DNA of 64,000 nt from Paramoeba atlantica. Taxonomy: Eukaryota; Protista; Discosea. The notes beneath the pieces are model-generated. The model saw nothing but the letters and a program-made list of their open reading frames with translations, did not search any database and was not told the DNA's origin. Positions 36,067 through 48,600 of the stretch are shown here, in pieces. The stretch lies in the NCBI GenBank assembly GCA_977017575.1, contig CDRNVI010000158.1:120469-184468 (forward strand). The letters run 5' to 3'. Within the stretch, counting starts at the first letter, position 1. Every line of letters begins with the position of its first letter. Made by a program: the position numbers and the translations under genes.

Positions 36067-37863
36067 CACCGGATTTTCGATGTCGATTCTCTTTGTTTGA
36101 ACGTTTAGAAGTCGAAAGACACTTTTTTTGAGTCTTGGAAGAAAGAGAAGAGGTCTCTAATGATTGGTATGTTGAAATACACTGAGAAAAAAGAATACTT
36201 GAACGAGTAAACTTCACAGGATTCCTTGTTTTTGTTCCATAGAAAGATAAATTTTTAAAAACCAATGATTTTTGGACACAATCTCTTCCTGATGGATCAA
36301 ATACTTTTTGGATGGATGGATGTTTTTTCAAATCATTCTCAGAAGAAGAAGAAGAAGGGACCATCACAATATTTACAATTTTTAATTCGTTTCGAAAACG
36401 GGCTGGGACAAAATCAAACTTCACAGGAATTGAGCCAACAATCATCCGAATGGCATCCAACAACACTTGGTTCAACAATCCCACTTTGGTTTCGTTTGAG
36501 ATTGGATATTCGAGAACAATCACTCTCTTCCAATTTTGAAACATAATTGCTCCAAATACTCCACAAAACGGAATCGCAATTTCTCCTCCTCCTCCTCCTC
36601 CATTATCTCCAACAAAATCAACAACCAACGAATCTGACAAGTCTTCATGATACAATAACTGAGGAAGAGAGAAGATATGCCGCCATTGGCGAAACAAACC
36701 TTCATTCTCAAAAAGTAATTTCTTCTCTTTTTTAATGGGGCACAATGTGTACAATTCGCTCGGAGTTAAGACATACTTTACAAGAGAATCTTCTTCGTTT
36801 GGAATGGTATACTTTTCACCATCCCAGAAAAACTGATGAACCGATGAAGGAACTCGATATTGTTGAAAAGGTTCTTTTAAAAAGAGCATTTCTTCTTTTG
36901 GGAGACAATCAAAAGCAGGAGTAAAAAGAGTTTTCACATTTCGATGGACTTGGAGAGCGTTGTTGAGAGTTGAAAAGGAAGTCAACAAGTTCTCAGCACA
37001 AAACCAATATTTCAGGTGATCTTCGTATCGAGTGGTGTGAGGGATGAAAATGGGATCAGGAAAGAAGATTTTGAGAGCGTGGAACAGATCATAAATTGGT
37101 CCACTCAATCTTTCGAATGGCTCGCGAACCGAAGTCATTACAATCAACTCTTTCCACCTTTTAAAAATAAAAAAAAAAGAAGTTGAGAGAATGAATGAAA
37201 AAGATTTCTCTTTTTTGAGAGAAAATCAAATTCTAAAAGAAAAAGAAACCTTCGAACATAAATAGGTCCTAACAATGCTGAAAATTGAGGTTGAAGATAT
37301 GGAGAATCCTTTCTTAAAAAGATATCGCCATTTCGAATATGAATCAAGAGCTTGTTTTCCATATCGCCAGGAGGACATTCAAGGTAATTCAAATTGATTA
37401 ATTCCCCCATACATTGCCATAAGATCTTTGTTTGATTTGGGGAAAGATTTGAATTGTTTTGAAAGTAAAAGTTTTCGCAATTGTCTTCGTGGGAAGAGAG
37501 ACAATTCTTCCCAATAGATTGAGAAGCTCCTTTGAAGTCGAAAAGCAAAGAAGAAGGAGAACTCCTCGTTAAAACTTGAAAATTCGGAATCTTGAGAAGA
37601 GAATTGCATAAGATTGCTTCTTCCATCGCTTTCTTTGCACACACAACATGATTTCCAACTGAACCATATTCCCACGACTGCAATGTCACTCCCGAAGAGA
37701 GTTGTTTTCTTGTGTGAATTCCGCCTTTATAGAAACGGCAGGGAGAAGGTTCAACAACAGAGAAACACGAAAAAGAAAAAAGAAAAAAGAAAGAGACAAG
37801 ACAAGAAAACAAAAACATCAAAAAAAACCCACCACAACCAAACACATCACAACAAAGAAACAA
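36047..37863 (-). CDS. Membrane-anchored or secreted protein with a GT11 (alpha-1,2-fucosyltransferase)-like HIRNGDIF motif; 5' end uncertain
   Basis: Hydrophobic N-terminus, then LLIHIRNGDIFLRKDSPYLQP and (R)WKELIVMTS. A second related segment FQNWKRVIVLE follows. The HIRxGD motif is recalled from GT11-like families. Confidence 0.5.
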
Positions 37864-38062
37864 AACTCATGTCCAAAAAAAAAACAGAAAAACAAAAAAA
37901 AAGAAAAAACGCCGGAAACAAAACCAATTTTATCCATTTATGGAATAATAAGGTCCAAATGAAAAGTTGCCCCTGATTTTTTGGCTCTGATTTCTTCCAA
38001 AATGAATTGCTTTGTTTTGTATTTTTTGTAATTTTGTTTTTTTGATTTAAAAAATGATAAAT

Positions 38063-40745
38063 TTAATGAACCGAGAGGGTGACTGGAATGCCTGTTGCAG
38101 CACACATTGTTAATCCAATTGATTCTTTCACTTCAGAAGGATCAATTGCAAGTTGAAGATTAAACTTTTGAAGCAACATCACAATCATAAGTTTTGCTTC
38201 CAAATACGCAAAATCCATTCCAAGACATTGTCTTGGTCCCGCTAACATTCAAAATATCAAAGAGAGAAAGAGAAAGAGAAAGAAAGAGTTAATGTTGGAG
38301 GAGAAAAAAAGGGGTTTAAAGTTGGTTTTTTAACTCTTGAAAAAGAAAAGAAATGAACCTTGGAAGACTGAAAATTTGAATGCTGATACTCTTTTGAATT
38401 TTCCTTTTTTTTGAGAAATAATGTGAGATGAGTTAAATGTGTGTTTGTGAGAAAAGAAAAGAAAAAATAAACCATTTTCAATCCATCGATTAGGATCAAA
38501 TTGAAGAGGATTATCCCAGACTCGAGAAGATCGTCCCATTGTGTAAGGAACAAAAGTTGCAAGATCTCCTCCCTAATTCAAAACTCCAAATTAGAAATTT
38601 CTTGTTTCTTTTTTGAAAAGAAAAAGATTTCATTTTCCAAACATAAACTTTGAGTCCACTTGGAAAAATATCATCTTCAACAATGAACTTTCCATCAACT
38701 GGAACAGGAGGATGTAATCGAAGTGTTTCAGAAAATACAGCATGAATATAATGCATATCTTTCAACTGATCATAAATTGGTTTCATAATTTCTCCTGGTT
38801 CTGTGGAAATGAAAAAAAGAAGGTAAGACTGATGATAACGTTTGGTGAAAAAAAAAGGAAAAAGGAAACCTCTTTGAATCAGAATTGAATCAATCTCTTC
38901 TCGACATTTTTCAACCACCTTTTGAATCATTTTTTAGAATATCAACATGATAGATCCACGAATATTTGGTTGAATTGGAGAGAAGAAGAAAGAAAAGAAA
39001 TATGAAGATTAATAACCTCAGGATGTTGGCAAAGTTCATAGACTGTCCAAGAGAGACCAGAAGCGGTTGTATCACGTCCAGCAATCATAAAATTAATCAC
39101 CAAATCTCTTAAATATTTGTCTGAATCCTTTTGAAATCATCTTTTTAATAAAAGAAAAAACAATGAGAAAGAAAAAGAAGGAAAAAGAGAAATAACCTTT
39201 TGGTCAGTGTCGCTCATTCTCATAAATCGAGACAAAAAGTCTTCTTTTTGTTCCAACTCTTTTGGAGACAATTTCTTTCTTTCTTCGATAATAGCATAAA
39301 CGAAATCATCAATAGTTTTGACATGTTCTCTTAATTCCCTTTCTGATCCAATATTTAACATTTGTTTAAACTCTCGAAGTGCATCTGTGAACCGTTTCAT
39401 CGTTAAAATGTTGGCTTGATCGAAAGCATGTGCAAAAGGAGGTTGAACTCCTTCAGCAGCAACACAACCAACTCTTGTCCCAAAGGCCAAATCCCCAAAA
39501 GAATCAAGAGTGTATCGAAAAAACATGTCTTGGATGTCGAGTGTTTCTCCTTTCCTGTTTTGGAAGAGTGAATGGCAAATCATCCAACAAAAAGAAGAAG
39601 AAGGAGAGTACTGGGCAGCAATATCTAGACGCTGCAAAACTCCTTCAGCATAATCACCAAAAACTTTCAACATGTAAGTTCGAAATTTCCCAACGCTGTC
39701 TTTGTGATCAATAACAGTTTCTAATAAGAGAGAAATTCATTGAAAAAGAAAAGACCTGAATTCTTTTGAAGCAGATTTGCGTTGTGTGAACCATAAATGG
39801 CCATCAGCATTAAAGATTCCATTTCCTAAAAGGTTCGAAAAGATTTCTCTGTCGAGTTTAAAGGTTAGTAAAAAAAAAACTCATTCAATTAGGCTCTGGG
39901 AGGCTGAATAAAAAAAAATAAAAAACAAAACTTCATGAATGGACCCTTGATGAAATTCTTGTGATTGGTTTTCAACATATACTCAACATCTTTTGGATCA
40001 ATAATCAAATTCTCTCGAAAATCACCGATTCGAGTTGGGATTGACATATCACGTTTTTCAAATTGTTCCAGCTGTTGAAGGAAAGAGTGTTCAGATATGA
40101 GCAGGGTCATTTTTTGGGGAGGAGAGAGTGAAAAAAAATGATACCACAAACTGATGCTTTTTGTATTCTTCAAGGGATTTGAGATAAGAAGGGAGATAAC
40201 CGATAAGAGGAAGAGAAGGAAACCCATTCCAATTTCTTTCATTCATGTAATTCCAAAACACAACAGTTACCCACACAACCCAACATAAGAGCCCTGTTTT
40301 TTGGAATCAGCAAGGTGGAAAACAATAAAAAGAAAGAAGAGAAAGAAAAGAGACCTGAAGAGAAAGCAAAACGCAAAGAAAGACTTGGAGAAACCCCAAA
40401 GACCCAACAAAGAATAAGAAGAGAACACAAAAAACAAAAAAATGGGGTGTAAGCAATGAAGAACATAAATGGCCGAACAAATTTGAGCGGTTTGGTTTGT
40501 GTTCCATAAGCTAAAAAGATCAAGAAGCTGACTAAATAAAAAAGAAAGAAGATCTCAACGACATCCAAGGACAAAACTTGTTGAACGATGGAGTTATTCT
40601 CTTTTCCAAAGAGATCAGGATTGATCGTTTTTCCCCCAAAACTTTTCAGTGTTTCATGAACAGTTTGAAAACGAGGAAGACTCATCGAAAGAATCACAGC
40701 AGATCCCGCTCCAAGCTCCCCCAATAACATTGGAAGGATCGACAT
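38063..40745 (-). CDS. Cytochrome P450 paralog (CYP86/94/704-clan-like) with the same multi-TM N-terminal extension
   Basis: Motifs [41 protein letters not shown] and AGPRQCLG. It is a clear paralog of 33298-36066 in inverted orientation. Confidence 0.9.
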
Positions 40746-40962
40746 TTTGGATAAAGGTTTCTTGTCCAAAAACGCAAGAAGAAAGCACAAAAAAGAAAAA
40801 GCGATGCGTCATTTTATTACATTGTTTTTTCGAACCGCTAAAAAAACAAAAACTCACACTTTTCACATTTCTTTTTCTTTTTGGCGTTTGGCTTCTGTTG
40901 TTGGCTTCTTGTTGTTGGCTTCTTGTTGTTGGTTTGGGTGGTTTCCTCTCTCGTCTCGAGAG

Positions 40963-41526
40963 ATGACGGAATTCCCAGAACTGGGTCAAACTTGTGGCAG
41001 GAACGATTGTGGTGCTCTTGATTTTCTCCCCTTTGAGTGTAACGCATGTAAGCTTGTTTATTGTTTGGAACACAGAAGCTACAAGGAACACGATTGCGAA
41101 ATTGGGCTTCGTCTTGAAAATGTGGCTTTTTTCTGCCCTGAGTGTAACGCTTCCATTAATGTTGGGTATGGAGGAGATGTTGATGAAAAATTCAGTTTAC
41201 ACCTCGCCAAAGAATGCCCTGCTGCTGGCTTGGATCCTTCCAAAAAACCACAACAACCCCGACAGAATCAGAATCATCCTCGTTGCATTGTCCCAAAATG
41301 TAAACAGAAAAGGACTCAAGAGATTTTCTGCAAATTATGTGGAAAGCCAGTGTGTTTAACTCATCGTTTTGAGTCTGATCACGATTGTGAAAGTCGGAAG
41401 AAACAGCAGGAACTCAAAAAATTTCGGTGTCCAGTTTGTGACCAACCTTTACCTGTCCATCTTCACGAAGATCTTGATGGTCACCTCAGTCAACACTTAG
41501 CAAAAGATTGCCCAAAATTTAAATGA
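40963..41526 (+). CDS. AN1-type zinc-finger protein (ZFAND2/Cuz1-like) with two AN1 fingers and two short C2HC fingers
   Basis: MTEFPELGQTC...C..LDFLPFECNACKLVYCLEHRSYKEHDC, a second AN1 finger (CKLCGKPVCLTHRFESDHDC), and CPxC...HL..C motifs. Confidence 0.9.
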   Translation: MTEFPELGQTCGRNDCGALDFLPFECNACKLVYCLEHRSYKEHDCEIGLRLENVAFFCPECNASINVGYGGDVDEKFSLHLAKECPAAGLDPSKKPQQPRQNQNHPRCIVPKCKQKRTQEIFCKLCGKPVCLTHRFESDHDCESRKKQQELKKFRCPVCDQPLPVHLHEDLDGHLSQHLAKDCPKFK

Positions 41527-41570
41527 CCACAACAAGAACTCTTTTTTCTCGAGAGAGTGAGAGAGGTTGT

Positions 41571-41600
41571 TTTGGTTTGGTTTGGTTTGGTTTGGTTTGG
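41571..41600. repeat. (TTTGG)6 microsatellite
   Basis: Six perfect TTTGG units just downstream of the AN1 gene. Confidence 0.9.
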
Positions 41601-41900
41601 TTTTGTGGGAAACTGGCGTACACACACGAAAAAAAGATTCCGAGAGATCCCCATTTTGAAATTCCGAAGAAGAATTTAGGTGTTTTCTTTTTGATGTTTT
41701 CTTTTCTTGGGTTTTGTGATCCAGAGGGGAGCAATTCCCAGAATTCATTGTGGTGGTTGATCCGCCAAGAACCGAATGGTTGCGGTTTTGACTTTATCAC
41801 TTGGAGGATTTGAAACTGGAAAAATAAATAAAAAAACCTTCACTCCCTCTCTTTTCGTTTTCTTTTTTCTTTTGTTTTTTGTTTTTCGGTTTTTGTGGTG

Positions 41901-42501
41901 ATGGGAGACAAACCAGAATTTGTTGTTGTTGCGGAGAAATTCTTCGAAGCTTGTGAGACTGGAAAGGGGTCTGCTGCTACGAGTGATTACACGAGTGAGG
42001 GAGCAACTTTCTCTGGTCAAGTTGTTGCTGATGCGTTCAAAGGAATTGAGACCTTGTCAGCTTACGCAGATTGGATGAATGGATTAGCAAATGGGATTAT
42101 GCCAGGCTGCTCTTATACTCTCCACTCTCTCACATGGAACAGCTCGAAGCAAGTTGTGGTAACAATTTTCTTTTTCATCTCAAGAAAAAAGATCTCTCCT
42201 TCGTGGGAACAAGATCGTTCGATTTTAATCCTTTTTTTTTTGTCAAAAACAGTTCTTCGCCACTTTCCATGGAAAACACACAGGAGACAAGGGACCTTGC
42301 CCCGCAACTCAAAAAGAGACGAACTCTCATTACGTTTATGTCTTACAACTCAATGATGCCAACAAAATCACTTCGATGACCAAGGTTTGGAGAAAAATTG
42401 GCCATCTTTTAATATTTTTTTTTCTTACAACTCAAAACCCCATCCCTCCACAATAGGTTTGGAACAACGCTTATGCTTTTGGTCAACTTGGATGGTGTTA
42501 A
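41901..42501 (+). CDS. SnoaL/NTF2-like (ester/polyketide cyclase family) protein of bacterial type
   Basis: Spliced translation AEKFFEACETGKG...ATFSGQ...AYADWM.GL / FATFHGKHTG..GP.PAT.K....YVYV...KI.SMTK / VWN.AYAFGQLGWC*, with two introns. Confidence 0.8.
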
Positions 42502-42799
42502 ATCACTTTACTTTTTTTGCTCTGAGGAAAAAAAAAAAGGGGCCAAGATAAAAATTTTAAGAAAATAATTTTTATTACATAATTTTTTTTTTGATTTTTT
42601 GCTGTGGGCGAAAGAAAAAAACCTCCACGCTGCTAGCGCCATCCCAACGACGAAAGTAGAGAAAGAAATCTTCTTCTCTCTGAAAATGAAATTCGTGTAT
42701 TTGGCCAAAGAGTCAAGAAATGAACCGAACCTTAAAGCATTTTCCAAACCTCGACCTCTCGAAAAATCCACGAATGAAAGAAGAAAAAAAGAGAGAATA

Positions 42800-44457
42800 T
42801 TAATCATACCGTCTTCTGCGAGATTCGCGCTCTTCATCGCTGTCTCCAGAACGTCCCCGTTTCCGATCAGAGCCTCGATCCCGATCGCGTCGATCATAAT
42901 CACGACCACCTCGATCTCGATCTCGGCGATCTCTGTCTCTGCTATCTCTACTGTCTCTGCTGTCTCTGCTGTAACGATCTCTGTTTCTGTCTCGGTCTCT
43001 GTCTCTGCTGGAACGATCCCGATCTCTGTCTCGGTCTCTGTAACGATCTCTGTCTCGATCTCTATCTCGATCTCCACTTCTTCTATAATCTGATCCACCT
43101 CTTCTCTTTTTTGGATCCACACCTTCTTCTTTCCATCGCTCCTGTAAAAAATTCGAATCTAAAGGTTAGGGAAGAAAAAAAGCAAACACAAAACTGTTAT
43201 TTTGAAAAGAAAATGAAACAATATAAAGTGAGGAAGAAGAGATCCTTCACAAAAGAGAGATCTGACGATTCAATCAAAGCAAATGTGGAGGACACCAAAA
43301 GAAATTAAAAGTAACAACACAAACAAGACACACACACGAAAAAAACAGAGAAAACCTGATAATGAAAAAAAAAAAGAAAAGAAAAAAGAGAAAGAACCTT
43401 GAATTCCTTAATAGTTTCACGAATCCGAACAAAACCAAGATGCTGTTTTCCGTGAAGGTGACTTTTAATTCGATCTTCTGTGTCATTTTTAACCAGCATT
43501 GCCCCACATAACTCACAAACTTCCATTTCTCGATCATCTGTTGAAGTTCTGGCAGTCTGTGGTAAAGAAAGATTCAATTTTTTTTTCTTTTTTTTTTTGA
43601 AAAGAGAAAAAAAAGAAAAAAAAGAAAAAAAAGAAGAAAAAGAAAAAAAAGAAAAACAAAACTCGAATAATTCGTTCTTTTTGTTGCTTTAAATCCTCAA
43701 TCACTGGAAGGAGTGCCTGAGACTTCTCAACATGGCCCTTTTCCGCCAAATCTTCCATCTGTAGTCCCCCAAAAAAAAGTGAGTGAGAAGGAAGGAGAGG
43801 AACTTTGAAGTGAATGTAAAAAAATTGAGACAAAAAAAACAAACCAATTTTAGTTGATCTTGAATCTTCTGTTCAACAGTTTCCACTTTTGATTTCTCTG
43901 TTTCAGGTAAGGGAAGAGAAGCCTTTTTTTGTCACCAAGTGAGTGGTTACAAACGAGAGTGTTTAGTTTTTTTGATCATTTTTGTTTAAAAAAGAGATAC
44001 CAAGAAAAAAAAAACTTACCTTGTATTCACGGTCAATGGCGATTCTCTCTTTGTTTCGATTGACCCTTTGATCAAGTGCTTCAATAAGATCATCAAGTTC
44101 CTGAATGAAATCAAACTCATAACCGTATTTGTTGGGTTTTCCCTGTGTGAGCAACCCTTGATACTCTTTTTGGAGAAGTTCATCATGTTTTTTTAAACAA
44201 GGATCTAAAATGAAAAAAAAAGGTTCAGTCACAAAAAAAATCAGTTCGAAAAATGGAAAGAACGAAAAAGACAAAAAAGAGAAGGAAGACAAACTGACTG
44301 CGCTCTTCGTATTGGAAAAAATTTCCGAAGGGCAAAATCCACACAAATAGTTTCTACAAACACCAGGATCATCAATTTTGAGAAGATTACTCTCATCAAC
44401 GTCACCATTTCTGTTGATTCCCATCAACTCGTCCAACAACTTCCGACTCTCGTCCAT
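42800..44457 (-). CDS. LUC7: LUC7-family U1 snRNP-associated protein
   Basis: MDESRKLLDELMG.NRNGD, VCRNYLCGFCP (ZnF1), MEVCELCGAML...HLHGKQHLGF..IR (ZnF2), and an RD/RS-rich tail. Confidence 0.95.
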
Positions 44458-44616
44458 GATGATGGAATAAGCGAAACAAACCAAAAGGAAAAAGATGGAA
44501 AAAAGAAAAGACAAAAAAAAACACGCTAAAATAAGAACTCTAAAAAAAAGCGGCGTTTGCTTTTTTTTCCGTTTTTTGATTTTGCCAATTTTTCGTTTTC
44601 GTTGATTCACACCAAA

Positions 44617-45429
44617 ATGCCACCAAAGAAGAAAAAGAGACAATCAGAGAAGGAAACTTCTTCAAAACGAAGGAAGAAGGAGAAGGAGAAAGAAAAAGAA
44701 GAAGATAAGGGAAAAGAAGAAGAAGAAGAGGAGGTTGAAGAAGAAGAGGAAAACAAAGGCAAGGAAGAGAAAGAGGAAACAGAAGCAGCGGATGATGAAG
44801 AAAATAAGAGTCCTGGAGAAAAATACTTCAGTCTTCTTGATAAAAAATCGAAAGAACTCGATGCTGTGGGATCGATGTTAGTCTGTGGAATTCAAAAAGA
44901 AGAGGAAGATGATGATGAGGAAGAGGGGGCTGGGAAAGAAGAAGATGCTATCAAACATCTGACTGAGGCAGAAGCTTCTAAACTTCGTCATCTCATTGTA
45001 ACCAAGAATCGAGAAAAAGAAATCGAGAAAGGCTTGAAGTTTGCAAGTAATGGACAACATGGAGGTTTTTTCTGTATGTTTAACACTTCTGATGGAAATG
45101 CTGTGATTTCTGGGATTGCTGGGCAACTTCGTCGGGTTCAACGAATCAAAACACTTCCTCAACAATTCGATGCTCTTCTTGGTTTGACTGTTGGGTTGAA
45201 GGAATATGAGTGTTGGGCAAATGATAATGAATATTGGGGGGAGGGCGATTTACTTGAGAAAAGTGTCAAATCCCTTGGGAATGCTTGGAAAAAGTTATTG
45301 CAAAACGACAGCGAGGCTATGGGGATTGATGAACAATTTACTCGACCTGCCTTGGAATCTTTTCTGGAACAATTTCGAGAGATGTTGGCGAATTCTGAAC
45401 CTGTTGAAACTCCTTTTCAATGGAAGTAA
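44617..45429 (+). CDS. Hypothetical protein with a basic NLS-like/acidic N-terminus and a globular C-domain
   Basis: Intronless ORF MPPKKKKR...MFNTS...QFDALLGLT..LKEYECW...LGNAWKKLL...TRPALESFLEQF. Coding-like composition; function unknown. Confidence 0.8.
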   Translation: MPPKKKKRQSEKETSSKRRKKEKEKEKEEDKGKEEEEEEVEEEEENKGKEEKEETEAADDEENKSPGEKYFSLLDKKSKELDAVGSMLVCGIQKEEEDDDEEEGAGKEEDAIKHLTEAEASKLRHLIVTKNREKEIEKGLKFASNGQHGGFFCMFNTSDGNAVISGIAGQLRRVQRIKTLPQQFDALLGLTVGLKEYECWANDNEYWGEGDLLEKSVKSLGNAWKKLLQNDSEAMGIDEQFTRPALESFLEQFREMLANSEPVETPFQWK

Positions 45430-45647
45430 AGAAAAATAATTTTTGATTTCTTGAAAAAAAGTTTTCATTTGAGAAATCAACATTTTTTTTTTTTTGGATC
45501 ATTTTGTGAGGAAAAAGCACACAAAAAAATTATTTATTATTTGGAAATAAATTATGCTTTTGCGGTGCTTTTTTTTCTTTGTTTTTCTTGGTTGTTTTTG
45601 TTTTTTGTTTTTTTTGTTTTTTGTTTTTTTTTTGGGTGTGTGTTGAG

Positions 45648-48600
45648 ATGGGGAAAGGGGAGAAGGGGGAAGAGAGAAGAGAGGGGAGATTGTGGGGAGA
45701 GGATTTGGATGAGGTGATTGAAGAGTGGAATCGACAAATTGTCAAGAATGGGGATCCTCAAGAGATGGATCTTGAGGCAGATGGGGAAGGGGTTGAAGAT
45801 GAAGATGAGAAGAGACCTCCTGGTGCTCCACTCTATACACCTTGGTTGTGGCGAACTGGGATCTTTGCTGGTATTTTTCTTTCCTTTTTTTTTATTGAAA
45901 GAAACAAAAAATAAAAGAGTCTTTAATCGACAATCTCACTCGTTCGTCAGGTGAATTTGGTGATGCTTTCATTAATAATACCAACTTGGAAGGAGGAGAT
46001 GTTCCTTCTGCTTTGGAGCTTTTTATTCGAAATTGCAGTCCTCTTCTTGATCCAGAGAGCTCTCTGATTCCTTCTCTGTATTTACCTCTTTTTTCCCCCG
46101 AAGATCTCGCTTGTTTAAGGTTTAGTTTTTCTTTTTTTTCTTCGATCAGTGAGTCAACTGTGGATTCTCTCTTTGTTCTTCTGTAACAACCCCTCGATTC
46201 AATAGAGAAATTTATCGTGATTTGGAACAATGTATTGAACTTGGAAGAAGAATGAACAAGTTTCGATATAAAGCTGGTCTCTTTGTATCTTTTTTGAGTG
46301 ATTGGCTCAAGATGGTTCGAAATTTACCAGTTGGCCGAAGGATCATTATCAATGGTGGTTGGCTTGTCGCATATGCACATCGCCCACGTTTGAATTTCTT
46401 TGTTAAATTTCTTTCTTGATATCTTTTTTTCTCTCCTCGTGCTTCTTTCTCTCCCGCAATAAAAAGAATTTTATAGCAAGAGGACATGCGGTTATGTACA
46501 TTGTCGAGCGAGATTCAGAAGATGAGTATGGGTTTACAGCTATCAATACAGGTCTTTTTTCGATAAACCTCAAGAAATAACGAAAGTGTGAATTCTTATT
46601 CTTTTTATGCAGGAGAGGGAAATGACTTTCATCCAGTTTATCGAGGTTCATATCCCAAGGAAAAGAGACGAGCTGCAATCAGAATTGGCAAAATTCCTCC
46701 TGAATATATCCTCCAAGTTCCCAAATTGCTTTTTGTTTTTCTATAATATTATATCGATTTTGAACTCATTTTTGTTCAAATAGGAAGCTTTTTGGTATCT
46801 TTTGTTCGAGATGAGATATCAACCGAGCTCGATCCATGGGCCAGAACAATTGTATGAAGTTCTTCTTCCCTTCTTAGCAAACCATGGACCCCTTCCTGAT
46901 CCAAAGATCGGAGAAGATGGAGAGAAGATTGAAATTCGTGATATTACAATGTCCACGAATTTGAATGAACAAATTGAATTGGGAAATTGTGGCGATTTTG
47001 AGAGTATTCAGAGGAGTGGAACTTGTTTTTTCCGAATTATTTTGAGTACTTTACGTTATTGTTGTAAAAGAATTGGGTTTTCGATCAAGAAGGTTTTTTT
47101 TTTTTTAAATAGAAGTTCTTTGTTTTCTTCTTTTTGTCATTTTATCTTGATATTTTTCTCCTTCCATACAGAGAAAACAACTTATGTACGCAATAAGAAT
47201 GTCTCTTCTTTTTCGAGTCCAATATGACTTGACACAACTTAAACAAAAAGTTATTTCTGAAATTGCACATATGCCTTCTTTTATGGATTGTGCGGGTGAG
47301 GTTCAGAAAGGGCTTCCTGTTGCGCGAGATTACACTGAAAAGACTGAGGTTTTTTTTGATTTTTTCTCTCCTTGTTTTTGTTCTTTTCTATTTTTCTGAA
47401 AAAAAATGAGGCGAAATCTGACCCAGTATTTACAGACAGCAATTCGATTAGCATCAAGCAAATTGAGAGGGCTTGCGGGTGGTTGGCAATATTCTGATCA
47501 TAAAATTATTGATATGGCATGCGATGTCACAGCCCTTGCTGCTGTAAAAGAGGGGGAGAGACAATCTCTTGGCAAAGAAGGATTGTATCATGTTCGAACA
47601 TTAACAAATGTGATTCGAGAAGAGTGTCGGCAATTGGGGAAGGGGGTTGGGGCTCCACAATCTTTAGGGTTGTCGAAAGAGGAATCTCCTACTCATTGTT
47701 CAGTTTCTTCTTCTCCTTCTGGTTCGAATTCAGGGAGTTCTGTGTCAACTACGACGTTTAGACCACTTGATGGATGGGATCACCTTGCCGAAGGAGTTGA
47801 CGAAGAAGAAATTCAAAGCCTCATTGGAGATGTCACAGAAGCTCCTCCCCCTGTCTTTATTGATTTGCTTGAGACTCCTGGAGAAAAGGAACAGAATTGC
47901 GAAGAAAGGAGAAAACTGAAAGAGAAAGATTTGTGGTCATTTGAGGAGCTGGTAGAAGCCTTCGAGTTAACACAAAAGAGGGGAGAAACTTTGTATGCTC
48001 GAGGAGAAGCGACTGGAACTTCAACTCCGATTCACCAGGTCTCTTTTTATTTTTAGGAATGAAGAAAGTTTTTTTTTCTTATTTGGTGGATAGGTTTGTG
48101 TCTTGATCGAGCATTTTTTCTCGTGTGTTGTTCCACTTCCAACTGCAGCAGCAATTATTTCACTTAAAGGGGAGGGATGGTGTTGTGGGTCATTGACTTT
48201 AACTATTCAGAGGTCAATTTTTTCTTATTTAATCAACTATTTCAGATTCTCATTTTTTTTTTCAACAGGAGAGGTCTAAAAGCTTTGCATCGAATTGGAT
48301 TGCTCTATGTGTGTTCTTCCTTTTCTTTAGATACTCAAGATCGAGCTTTATCAAGTGCTCGGGTAGCAGTATTATTTTCGATTTTACAATGTTTTGATGG
48401 GCTCCTTCGTATTATTCCTGAAAGTCCTGAGATTTCTCCTCTTGCTTCCGTGCTTATAGAGCAACTCGTAACCGCTGATCGGCCTTATCGTGTGTCCATT
48501 GGCAGTTTTCAGTCAGACCTCACCTTTTTGAAGTTGTTTCCAAGAATGATTTTTCACAGACCCGAACAGTTGCATCTTGCTGAACAAGCTTTATCTTACT

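Noticed and set aside
41571-41600. (TTTGG)6 as an interstitial telomere
   Set aside because: It is only 30 bp and the telomere motif of this organism is unknown, so it is treated as an ordinary microsatellite.
790-44457. Two U1 snRNP genes (SNRNP70, LUC7) in one window
   Set aside because: They are over 40 kb apart with many unrelated genes between them, which is compatible with chance in a gene-dense genome.
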